64,000 nt of DNA from contig CBDFJJ010000005.1 in NCBI GenBank assembly GCA_965248285.1, positions 121,447 to 185,446 of the forward strand. Reading direction: 5' to 3'. The notes below the pieces were generated by a model, which had not been told where the DNA came from, searched no databases, and saw only the letters and a program-made list of their open reading frames with translations. Below are positions 55,026 to 62,774 of the stretch, piece by piece (position 1 is the stretch's first letter; every line of letters starts with the position of its first letter). The DNA comes from Gemmatimonadales bacterium (GTDB lineage: Bacteria > Gemmatimonadota > Gemmatimonadetes > Gemmatimonadales > GWC2-71-9). The translations under genes and the position numbers were made by a program.

Positions 55026-55453
55026 GCAACGCTCTCGTGCTGCCCGTTCCCCCGACGTCGAACCACTACTGGAAACCCCGGGCGCTGTACAACCGCAGCA
55101 AGACGACGTGGATCGGTACGATCTACAAGACGACGGAAGCCAAAGATTATTGCCATACCGTGCAGGTTATCGCGCTTCTCACCGGTTTTACGCCGTACGC
55201 GACAGGCGTGCAGGTCGTCTTTCACATGGTGTGGTATCGGGAGAACATGCGCGGGGATTTGATGAACAGGGAGAAGTGCTTGGAAGATGCGCTGCAGGGC
55301 GTGCTGTACGAGAACGATCGACAGATCAAAGCGAAGCACACCGAGTGGATCTTGGATCGTGCGCACCCTCGCGTCGAGGTATGGGTGACACCCTACGACG
55401 AGGCGGCGGCCTCAGTGAGTAAGCAAGCCTTGCGGCTGGTGGGGGCCAAGTGA
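55022..55453 (+). CDS. rusA: RusA-family Holliday junction resolvase
   Basis: VLPVPPTSNHYW...RGDLMNREKCLEDALQGVLYENDRQI matches the RusA D-x-D/N...K...DAL...Y.DD.QI pattern. Confidence 0.75.
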   Translation: MSNALVLPVPPTSNHYWKPRALYNRSKTTWIGTIYKTTEAKDYCHTVQVIALLTGFTPYATGVQVVFHMVWYRENMRGDLMNREKCLEDALQGVLYENDRQIKAKHTEWILDRAHPRVEVWVTPYDEAAASVSKQALRLVGAK

Positions 55454-56439
55454 GCCGGGCCATACTATACGTGGGCAACGCGCTTGAGGTGCTACGGACG
55501 CTACCCGACGAATCCGTGCAGTGTTGTGTCACGTCCCCGCCCTACTGGGGCCTGCGGGATTACGACGTCCCCGGCCAGCTGGGGCTCGAAGACTCCCCGG
55601 AGGAATATCTCGACACGATGGTGGCCGTGTTTGGTGCGGTGCGGCGCGCCCTGGCCGCTGACGGTGTGCTCTGGTTGAACATGGGTGATTCGTATGCAGG
55701 GCCTCGCGGCGGATCCGATGGGAAACATGCGGGCCTTCATCGTTACCGGCACAGTGGGCGAACCCGCGACAAAAGGGGTGTTGATCTCAAACCTAAAGAC
55801 CTCGTGATGATGCCGGCCCGTCTAGCGCTCGCGCTACAGGCCGACGGGTGGTGGGTGCGCTCGGACGTAGTGTGGCACAAACCCACGCCGATGCCGGAGA
55901 GCGTGAGCGATCGCCCGACGCGCGCCCACGAGTATGTGTTCCTCCTCTCCAAGAGCGATCGATATTTCTACGATGCCAACGCGATCAAGGAGCCGGTGAC
56001 GGGCAACGCGCACTCGCGTGGGAATGGTGTGAACCCGAAGGCCAAGACGCCGGCGGGATGGGATACGCGAGACGGAGAAACCCATCGAGAAAAGACGGGT
56101 CGTTACCCGCGGCCGAAACAAAACGAATCGTTCTCTGCCGCGGTGTCCGGGCTTGTCGATACACGGAACGCGCGGTCGGTGTGGACGATTCAGGCGAGGC
56201 CCTTCCCTGTCGCGCACTTCGCCACCTTCCCGCCCGAGCTCGTGGCGCGCTGCATCAAAGCCGGCTCGCGACCCGGCAATACGGTGCTCGATCCGTTCGG
56301 CGGATCAGGAACAACCGCAGCCGTCGCGACGGGCCTCGGCCGCGACGCCATCCACATCGACTTAAATCCGGAATACCTCAACCTTGCCATCGATCGGATC
56401 GGGCCGATGTTCGTGGACGTGAAAGAGGTCGCCGCATGA
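55450..56439 (+). CDS. DNA methyltransferase (N4/N6 beta-class order: SPPY ... FGGSGTT)
   Basis: 329 aa. Motif IV TSPPYWGLRDY is N-terminal and motif I DPFGGSGTTAAVA is C-terminal. GTG start overlaps the rusA stop. Confidence 0.85.
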   Translation: MSRAILYVGNALEVLRTLPDESVQCCVTSPPYWGLRDYDVPGQLGLEDSPEEYLDTMVAVFGAVRRALAADGVLWLNMGDSYAGPRGGSDGKHAGLHRYRHSGRTRDKRGVDLKPKDLVMMPARLALALQADGWWVRSDVVWHKPTPMPESVSDRPTRAHEYVFLLSKSDRYFYDANAIKEPVTGNAHSRGNGVNPKAKTPAGWDTRDGETHREKTGRYPRPKQNESFSAAVSGLVDTRNARSVWTIQARPFPVAHFATFPPELVARCIKAGSRPGNTVLDPFGGSGTTAAVATGLGRDAIHIDLNPEYLNLAIDRIGPMFVDVKEVAA

Positions 56440-57122
56440 CCCGCAATGTCATGCTCTTGATCGTCCTCGGTACGATCAGCGTCCTGATCTTAGCGGGCAT
56501 CTCGAAGCTTCTGGATGCCCGGACGATCGACGAGCTCGAACAAGACGGTGATTCGTTGCGGCTCGAGAACGCAGTACTCAAGCCGCGGCTGGAAAGATTC
56601 CAAGCCGATTCCGCCACGGTCCACACACGGCTCGCTGCTCTGGCCAGTCACAATCGTCGTCTGGAAGCTGACCGGGAGCGGGCGAGCCAACGCACGGACA
56701 CCGTGACCGTGTTGCGCGACGCCGCGCGCGCGGATATCGACATCGACACGTTGACCGCGCCGGTGCGCAGACTCCTACGGTTGGAGCAAGAGGTATCCGC
56801 TTCGCTCCGCGACGAACTCGCCACGACACAGACCGCCTTGGACAGTACGCGAGTGGAGAACGCGCTGATCACGCCGCGGTTGAACGAAGCCGAGGCGTTG
56901 GTCGTCTCCCTCAAGCATCAACGGGACGGAGCCATGACGCTCGTCGCCCGCCACGAGGCGCGGCTCGACTTCAACCTCTGGCGGTTTCTTGGTGACGAGA
57001 TCCCCCAGTTGGGCGCGTGTGCCGGCGCCGGTGGCCTCGCGGCAACGGTGTACGAGGGGAATGTGTTGGTCGGAGCGGGGATCGGGTTGGCAATGTGTTT
57101 GGTGAAAGAAGCGGTGTTTTGA
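56436..57122 (+). CDS. membrane-anchored coiled-coil protein (TM - long coiled coil - hydrophobic C-terminus)
   Basis: MTRNVMLLIVLGTISVLILAGI TM, about 150 aa of heptad-like charged sequence, then C-terminal GACAGAGGLAATVYEGNVLVGAGIGLAMCLV. Confidence 0.55.
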   Translation: MTRNVMLLIVLGTISVLILAGISKLLDARTIDELEQDGDSLRLENAVLKPRLERFQADSATVHTRLAALASHNRRLEADRERASQRTDTVTVLRDAARADIDIDTLTAPVRRLLRLEQEVSASLRDELATTQTALDSTRVENALITPRLNEAEALVVSLKHQRDGAMTLVARHEARLDFNLWRFLGDEIPQLGACAGAGGLAATVYEGNVLVGAGIGLAMCLVKEAVF

Positions 57123-57529
57123 TGCTACATGATTACGGCGACATCCGCGACCGTATTTCGGAGCCTGCGAAGTGGTGGGACGAAAGCGGTGTACCACGAT
57201 ACTCCGACTTTGCCCCCAGGGAGACAGCGAACATCTACGCCGACGAGTGCGCGTTAGTGCAGATCGCTTGCCAGAACTGCGGGACGCGGTTCGATGTGGC
57301 TTTTTCCCGTTCAAAGAGTTTCGCCGTGCTTGAAGGCGACAAGGCCACCCTGGCTGATCGTATCCGCGACGGTTCTCTCCACTATGGCGACCCGCCGAAC
57401 ACGGCATGTTGTCTTGCTGGGCCAACGATGAACTGTGACGATTTGCGTGTCATCGAATACTGGCACCAGGAAAAATTCGAGTCGAAACGTGACGAGACGC
57501 TAGAGATCGCGTTGGAGCCATGCCCATGA
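57122..57529 (+). CDS. hypothetical Cys-containing protein
   Basis: 135 aa with QIACQNCGTRF and TACCLAGPTMNCDD. Coupled on both sides. Confidence 0.5.
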   Translation: MLHDYGDIRDRISEPAKWWDESGVPRYSDFAPRETANIYADECALVQIACQNCGTRFDVAFSRSKSFAVLEGDKATLADRIRDGSLHYGDPPNTACCLAGPTMNCDDLRVIEYWHQEKFESKRDETLEIALEPCP

Positions 57530-57634
57530 CCGATACGCTACGGGAGGCGGCAGAGGAGGCTGCAAGGTTGCTGCGCACGTTCGCACCGCTAGGTGAGGAG
57601 GGAAGCAAAGTCAAACTGGGACTCGCGAACCTAG

Positions 57635-58947
57635 CAGGTTGCGGAAAAATTCATGGTGAGCCGCGTTTGTCCGGGTAACACGACGGTGTACCAGCGTGCG
57701 GTCCCCTATTACCGCCCCCGCGGTGCGGTCGGCGTGACGAATGCGGCCCACACTGCCCCATCAGGGGCTGCCTTCGGCCAGGGTCAGGGTGCGTATCCGC
57801 ATCAGATTGTAGACCGCGGCCGTGAACGTAAACACCCACCCGACCCGCGGGGTCCCGCGATGTCGGAGTTTGCGTAACAACCCAATCGTCTTGCCCCACC
57901 CGTAGATCTCTTCCACTTTTTTGCGCTGCCGTTGACTGATCGCATAGCTGGGATGGCGCGTCGTCCGGCCATCCACCGCGCTCCGCAACCGCGTGCGGTG
58001 CACGTTCGGCGTGACGTGGGGCGTCCAGCCCAACGCCCGCAGCGTGTCGACAAACCCGCACCGATCATAACCCTTGTCCGCCCCCAACGTCCGACGCCGG
58101 GCCGTCGGCGGTAAGCTCCCCACCATCGCCAGCGCACTCGCACACTCCGCCTCGTAGCCGGGCTGCGTCACGTCGGTCGCCACCACGAGCCCGTGCCGAT
58201 TATCCATCAACACACTCGCCAAGTACGCCAATTGCGCGCCTTGCCCCCCACTCTTCCGCGTCAACCGCGCCTCCGGGTCCGTCCGCGACGCATGCGTCGC
58301 ATTCGTCCGTTTCTCCTGGCGAAACGTCACGCTCGGATTCCCCGGATCATCGTCCGTTGGCGGGCGGGTGCCGGCCTTCGGCTGAAAACTCTTCTGACTC
58401 GCCCACGCGTCCAGCAAGGTCCCGTCGACGGTGAAATGCTCATTCGACAACAACGCCCGCCGCTCCGCCTCCTGTAACACTTCGGCCAGAAACGCATCCG
58501 CGATGCCCCCCTCGACCAGCCGCGTCCGATTCTTCGTAAAGACCGTCGGCACCCACACCGCGTCGTCCAGATTCAACCCCACAAACCATCGGTACAGGAT
58601 GTTGTAATCGAGCTGCTCCATCAGCTGCCGCTCGCTCCGGATCGTATACACCACCTGCAGCAATAACGCGCGTAACAAATGTTCCGGGGGAATCGACGGC
58701 CGGCCCCGCCGCGCGTACAGCCGGTCCAACTGCGGCGAGAGCCGGGCTAACACCGGGTCCACCAGCGCCCGCAGGGCGCGCAACGGATGGTCGGAGGGCA
58801 CCCGATCCTCCGCACTGATATAGCTGAACAGCGCCGACTGATTCGTCTTGTTCCCGCGCATCGTGGCACTCCCATCGAGGTCCCTCTACGATAAGAACTT
58901 CCGGCTCGCGATGCTATCGTCCATTACCCGACTTTTTCCGCAACCTG
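57635..58947 (-). mobile_element. IS5-family insertion sequence, copy 3 (1313 bp)
   Basis: Same inverted repeats as the other copies. CTAG on both flanks (57631-57634 and 58948-58951). Confidence 0.9.
57761..58861 (-). CDS. IS5-family DDE transposase
   Basis: 366 aa. Differs from copies 1 and 2 in the track translation only at ...LTLAEGSP versus ...LTLAGGSP. Confidence 0.9.
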   Translation of the reverse strand: MRGNKTNQSALFSYISAEDRVPSDHPLRALRALVDPVLARLSPQLDRLYARRGRPSIPPEHLLRALLLQVVYTIRSERQLMEQLDYNILYRWFVGLNLDDAVWVPTVFTKNRTRLVEGGIADAFLAEVLQEAERRALLSNEHFTVDGTLLDAWASQKSFQPKAGTRPPTDDDPGNPSVTFRQEKRTNATHASRTDPEARLTRKSGGQGAQLAYLASVLMDNRHGLVVATDVTQPGYEAECASALAMVGSLPPTARRRTLGADKGYDRCGFVDTLRALGWTPHVTPNVHRTRLRSAVDGRTTRHPSYAISQRQRKKVEEIYGWGKTIGLLRKLRHRGTPRVGWVFTFTAAVYNLMRIRTLTLAEGSP

Positions 58948-59132
58948 CTAGAAGCCGCCCTTGCCGCTGACGCGCCCGAAGGACCGTACCGTGCTGTGCC
59001 GTCAGACCACGACGGTGACGAGCGATGGATGGTCCGTCACTTAGCTGAGAAGGTGGGATGTATATACGGGACCCAAGGGGAGTGTGAGGATATACGTGAC
59101 GTTCTCAACCGCCACGCGCAGCAGCAGGAGGG

Positions 59133-59462
59133 ATGATGAACGACCGCACATTGTTTGAAATCGTTGAGGGCGCAAAGGACGGAGAGAAACCAACGCACGA
59201 CGAATGTTATTGGGCCATGCTTGCGCTCGATGCGCTCCTGTATTTTGAAACAAACGCGCTTCGAGGCCAGGCGTTCGGTAACACCAAGGTTCCGTTGAAG
59301 ATGGAAGGCGAGGAATCTTTTCGGCGTAACAAGACGGCCTTCCAGACGCCGCCACAACGGTACGTCGGCGACACTAACGACCCGGCAAATCCGGAGTACC
59401 AAGCGATGCGAAGGATGGCGTTCAAGGTTTTCGAGAAGGCCACGGGAGAGAGTTTACGATGA
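59133..59462 (+). CDS. hypothetical phage protein
   Basis: 109-aa ORF, translationally coupled on both sides. Confidence 0.5.
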   Translation: MMNDRTLFEIVEGAKDGEKPTHDECYWAMLALDALLYFETNALRGQAFGNTKVPLKMEGEESFRRNKTAFQTPPQRYVGDTNDPANPEYQAMRRMAFKVFEKATGESLR

Positions 59463-60097
59463 CTGAACGTCCCGACCCTGCGCCCCCAGAGGAGGTGCCA
59501 GCAGTGGCCGAGCTTCGCGCTAGACAGCGGGACAGGCTCATCGACAAGGCGCTTCACGCAGCGTGGGGAGAGATGGTCGACGACCGCAACCCAACGAGCC
59601 TCGACTACGAGTTCGTGGGGCGAATCGTGGACTACGTGCTTGCCGCCCACACCGAGGGGCCAACAGACGCAACCCACCTCATCAGAAATCTAGAGAACCC
59701 TCAGACCAGGGCGAAGCGGCGATGGCGAAACAACTCGACCACTACTACCAACACGCACCACACGGAGGTATGGGAGTATTCGTTTCACGCCAACTTCGGG
59801 CCGCTGGCTGGAAACATCCGAAGTATGATGCCCACGCGGAGGCCCAACCTGACAACGCATCGCAGGGGTCTACGGTCTCGGGTGGTGAACGTCCCGAGCA
59901 GGTTGAGGCCCAACCAAAAGCCAAGCCCGTCGCATGGCGAATACGGTCTTTGGAAAAGGACGCCGCGGGCACATGGTTTTACCAAGACAAGCGCCCTCAT
60001 CTATTCACCTTTGAGGATACGCGGTGCGAGGTTCAGCGTCTCTACACCTCTCCCCCCAAGGTCACGCCCGACGATGAAGCAGCGCACGACGCCCTAG
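59459..60097 (+). CDS. hypothetical phage protein; 3' extension probably due to stop-codon loss at 59723-59725
   Basis: The first ~88 codons look protein-like. The remainder is R/S/T/P-rich and overlaps the next gene by 375 nt. Confidence 0.35.
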   Translation: MTERPDPAPPEEVPAVAELRARQRDRLIDKALHAAWGEMVDDRNPTSLDYEFVGRIVDYVLAAHTEGPTDATHLIRNLENPQTRAKRRWRNNSTTTTNTHHTEVWEYSFHANFGPLAGNIRSMMPTRRPNLTTHRRGLRSRVVNVPSRLRPNQKPSPSHGEYGLWKRTPRAHGFTKTSALIYSPLRIRGARFSVSTPLPPRSRPTMKQRTTP

Positions 60098-60231
60098 AGG
60101 TGTTGTGTCGCGTGTTCGACGACGGTGCCGACGCGGCATTTGAGGAATGGACCGCGTGGTACGACCCGAAAGAATGGTTGGGTCCGTCACGGGCACTCGG
60201 GGCGTTCATCCGCAAGCGGTTAGAGCGATGA
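59722..60231 (+). CDS. hypothetical phage protein
   Basis: MAKQLDHYYQHAPHGGMGVFVSRQLRAAGWKHPKYD... has a protein-like composition. Its stop overlaps the next ATG. Confidence 0.45.
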   Translation: MAKQLDHYYQHAPHGGMGVFVSRQLRAAGWKHPKYDAHAEAQPDNASQGSTVSGGERPEQVEAQPKAKPVAWRIRSLEKDAAGTWFYQDKRPHLFTFEDTRCEVQRLYTSPPKVTPDDEAAHDALEVLCRVFDDGADAAFEEWTAWYDPKEWLGPSRALGAFIRKRLER

Positions 60232-60446
60232 AAACTTTGGGGCATCCGATCGTCCACATTCCGGGCCTGAGCGGTCAATATGTAGAGATTAGCGAACGCT
60301 ACGAGTACGCCGTCGACAAGTGTCACTGCCCAGCGTGTGGCGGACTCGGCACCCCGTGGGGTGGCTGGTTCTCCTGCGAAGAATGCAGCGCGAAGGCGTT
60401 GGTGGAAGACGGTCGCTGTTTTGTACGGTTGGACGAGGCCCATTGA
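60228..60446 (+). CDS. small zinc-ribbon protein
   Basis: 72 aa with CHCPACGG...FSCEEC. ATGA coupling upstream. Confidence 0.45.
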   Translation: MKTLGHPIVHIPGLSGQYVEISERYEYAVDKCHCPACGGLGTPWGGWFSCEECSAKALVEDGRCFVRLDEAH

Positions 60447-60556
60447 CAGAACTCGTGGCCTGGTTAGGCGGTCTCTTGATGGGGTTTGTGTTGAGTCTCC
60501 GGGTCCGGAAGTACCGCGGCCCACCTGTGCGGTGGGTGTATGAGGAGGAAGAATGA
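60443..60556 (+). CDS. small single-TM protein (37 aa)
   Basis: TTG start overlapping the preceding stop (TTGA). LTELVAWLGGLLMGFVLSLRVRKYRG... Confidence 0.3.
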   Translation: MTELVAWLGGLLMGFVLSLRVRKYRGPPVRWVYEEEE

Positions 60557-60750
60557 CCGATTTAATGGGTAGGAAGGAACTGGCTGCATATCTCGGGGTG
60601 AGCGAAGCGACGTTACGACGATGGGAAAAGGAAGCCGACGCGCATTGGCCCGTGCCTCCGCCTAGGCCCTTTCGTCTCGGCCGACGCATTTATTTCAGTC
60701 GCAAGGCCGTCGAAGAGTGGATTGAAAAGTGTCAAAAGACGGGAACATGA
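60553..60750 (+). CDS. excisionase/AlpA-type HTH DNA-binding protein
   Basis: RKELAAYLGVSEATLRRWEK...RIYFSRKAVEEWI is the MerR-like Xis/AlpA pattern. Lies upstream of the integrase. Confidence 0.7.
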   Translation: MTDLMGRKELAAYLGVSEATLRRWEKEADAHWPVPPPRPFRLGRRIYFSRKAVEEWIEKCQKTGT

Positions 60751-61091
60751 TTGACACGGCTGATCTCCCGACGACCTGGCGCGCTAAGGCTGGTCTGCTC
60801 CGAGAACATGGGGCTGACGGTCACGCGAAGGCCATCGAGCACTGTGCCGACGAGCTCGACGCACGGGACGCCGCGCGGGACGCGGAACCTCTCACCCTGG
60901 CTCAAGCGGTCGATTGGAGCGGGTTCAGCGACAAGCAGATCCGCCGGCTGATCCACCAGGGAGACCTCGAGGACGTCGGAAATGGGCAGGTTCGGGTGCG
61001 ACGTGGGGATCTCCCCCGGCACGTCAAAAGCCGCCGCGAGCCCTCACTGGCGTCGCGGCGGGCTCTAGGTCATCATGTCGTTGAATCCTAG
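60747..61091 (+). CDS. second HTH (excisionase-family-like) protein
   Basis: LTLAQAVDWSGFSDKQIRRLIHQGDLEDVGNGQVRVRRGDL. ATGA coupling upstream. Confidence 0.5.
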   Translation: MIDTADLPTTWRAKAGLLREHGADGHAKAIEHCADELDARDAARDAEPLTLAQAVDWSGFSDKQIRRLIHQGDLEDVGNGQVRVRRGDLPRHVKSRREPSLASRRALGHHVVES

Positions 61092-62286
61092 CATGGGGGA
61101 CTCAATGGGCTGGAGCGCCACCTACGGCTATTGGGGTTGTCGCGTGATCGTCCGCGAGCTGGCCGGCGGATGGATGCAGGGCGATATCCGGGTCACGCGC
61201 TACCCACGGAAACGTATCCGGCTCCGGCACCAAGATCGGCAGGCTGCGAAACGGTGGGCCAAGAAGACCCAGGCTGACCTGCAGAAGGGCCTGACGCAGA
61301 TTCTCGAAGCGCAGCCCACCCTCGAGCGGATCTTCGGGCTCTATCTCAAGTACCAGACACCCAAGAAGCGGAACCGCACGAGCCGCCAGCACGACGAGCG
61401 GTGCGCGGATATGTGGCAGACCTATCTCGGGGCACAGAAGACCCCGGACAAGATCACCACCGAGGAATGGGAGGAGTTCGTCGCCAAGCGCCGCTCAGGT
61501 GAGCGGGACGCGACGTGGGCCTACGTCCCCCTTAATAAGGAGAAGCCGAGACGGGGTGTCCGGGACCGTACGATCGAGCGCGACATGGATTGGCTGGTAC
61601 AGGTGCTGAACTGGGCAGTGCGGTTCCGAGAGCAGAACGGGCGGTATCTCCTGACGGACAACCCGCTCCGTGGATTCGACATCCCGTCCGAACTAAACCC
61701 ACGTAGACCCATCGTCACGCGCGACTGGATGACGAAGGTCATCGAGGCGGCCGGTCCGAGTCCACTGCGCGCCATGCTGGTGATTGCGGACGAGCATGGC
61801 CGGCGCTTGAGTGCGATTCGGCAACTGCAAGGCTCCGACATCCAACTCGGCCGCACCGAGACATGGCCACACGGCGCGATTCGGTGGCGTCATCAGTCCG
61901 ACAAGCTTCGCAAGGATTGGCGTGTGCCGATGAGCGAGCGGTTGCGTCGCGAAGTCGATCGCCACCTCGCCGCGTATCCCGTGTTGGGTGATGCCCCGTT
62001 GTTCCCGTCGCCGCGCAATCACCTCAAGTCGGTCTCGAAAGACCGTGCCGGCGCCTGGCTCCTCGCCGCCATCAAACGGGCGAAGGTGCAGAAACCCGAC
62101 GGCACGCTCTGGCACGCGATCCGCCGGCTCTGGATTACCGAACACAAAGAGATGCCGCTCCGCGAACGGATGTATGTGGCCGGCTATCTCGATCGGCAAA
62201 CGATGGAGATGGTGTACGAGCACATCGATCCGTTGTTGCTGCAGGAGACGGTGGAGACGCGCAGAGAGTATCGGGAGGCACAATGA
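61075..62286 (+). CDS. int: tyrosine recombinase / phage integrase
   Basis: Catalytic-domain pattern ...ADEHGRRLSAIRQL (Arg), ...WHAIRRLW (H-x-x-R) and ...YLDRQTMEMVYEH (Tyr region). The start may be ATG 61093. Confidence 0.8.
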   Translation: MSLNPSMGDSMGWSATYGYWGCRVIVRELAGGWMQGDIRVTRYPRKRIRLRHQDRQAAKRWAKKTQADLQKGLTQILEAQPTLERIFGLYLKYQTPKKRNRTSRQHDERCADMWQTYLGAQKTPDKITTEEWEEFVAKRRSGERDATWAYVPLNKEKPRRGVRDRTIERDMDWLVQVLNWAVRFREQNGRYLLTDNPLRGFDIPSELNPRRPIVTRDWMTKVIEAAGPSPLRAMLVIADEHGRRLSAIRQLQGSDIQLGRTETWPHGAIRWRHQSDKLRKDWRVPMSERLRREVDRHLAAYPVLGDAPLFPSPRNHLKSVSKDRAGAWLLAAIKRAKVQKPDGTLWHAIRRLWITEHKEMPLRERMYVAGYLDRQTMEMVYEHIDPLLLQETVETRREYREAQ

Positions 62287-62304
62287 GCGTGGTCGAGTCG
62301 CTAT

Positions 62305-62326
62305 TGGGCACGCGAATGGGCACGCG
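62305..62326. repeat. direct repeat tgggcacgcg x2 at 12-bp spacing (possible integrase arm-type sites)
   Basis: Copies at 62305-62314 and 62317-62326, between the int stop and the tRNA fragment. Confidence 0.5.
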
Positions 62327-62384
62327 TGATGATGACCCGAAAACACCCGAAGGGATAAGCTAGTTTATGACAAGGGGTTACGAG

Positions 62385-62419
62385 TCGGGGCGCCCGGATT
62401 TGAACCGGGGACCTCCTGC
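62385..62419 (-). tRNA. 3'-terminal tRNA fragment (variable region, T-arm, acceptor 3' strand); identity undetermined, different from the tRNA-Leu fragment
   Basis: Reverse complement is GCAGGAGGTC CCCGG TTCAAAT CCGGG CGCCCCG A. No anticodon stem, D-arm or CGGGGCG 5' acceptor strand lies upstream. Confidence 0.65.
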
Positions 62420-62678
62420 TTTAATAAGTCGCTCCAACCCGACAAAACGTCCGAAACGCGGCAGTCTGATGGGGACGTACCATGACGATTTGTCGGGATC
62501 GACCCTCGCGAACGGCAAGTGAACGGCAACTCGTTCCGGTCCCCTTCCCTCTCCTCCTGGAAGCGTTCAACTGCGGCTACAACCGCCTAGGATGGGCCGA
62601 GGATTGGCCCCAAGGCGCGTTACTGCGGTGGGCCTACAAGATGGGCCGGCGCCAGCATCCGCACTTGGTACAGCACCG

Positions 62679-62738
62679 GAGGGCGGCGTGAGCCGGGCCA
62701 CGCTCTACGTGGGTGACGCGCTCGAGGTGTTGCGGACG
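62679..62738 (+). repeat. 60-bp direct repeat, right copy (orphan 5' end of the beta-class methyltransferase gene)
   Basis: Identical to 38562-38621. Homology stops after ...EVLRT, and the frame runs on into an unrelated methyltransferase gene. Confidence 0.9.
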
Positions 62739-62774
62739 GCGCTTCACCAACCATTTCTCCGAGGGAGGACGCCG

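Larger units (their letters stand above)
57526..59136 (+). pseudogene. small phage gene disrupted by IS5-like copy 3
   Basis: Removing 57635-58951 (the IS plus one CTAG) restores a 97-codon frame. It runs from ATG 57526 (ATGA with the upstream stop) to TGA 59134-59136 (ATGA with the downstream start). Confidence 0.75.

Noticed and set aside
62385-62445. A complete tRNA gene next to the integrase, suggested by the GTCGGG...CCCGAC complementarity
   Set aside because: Only the T-arm and acceptor 3' strand fold correctly. The candidate is about 15 nt too short, and no D-arm or anticodon stem can be formed.
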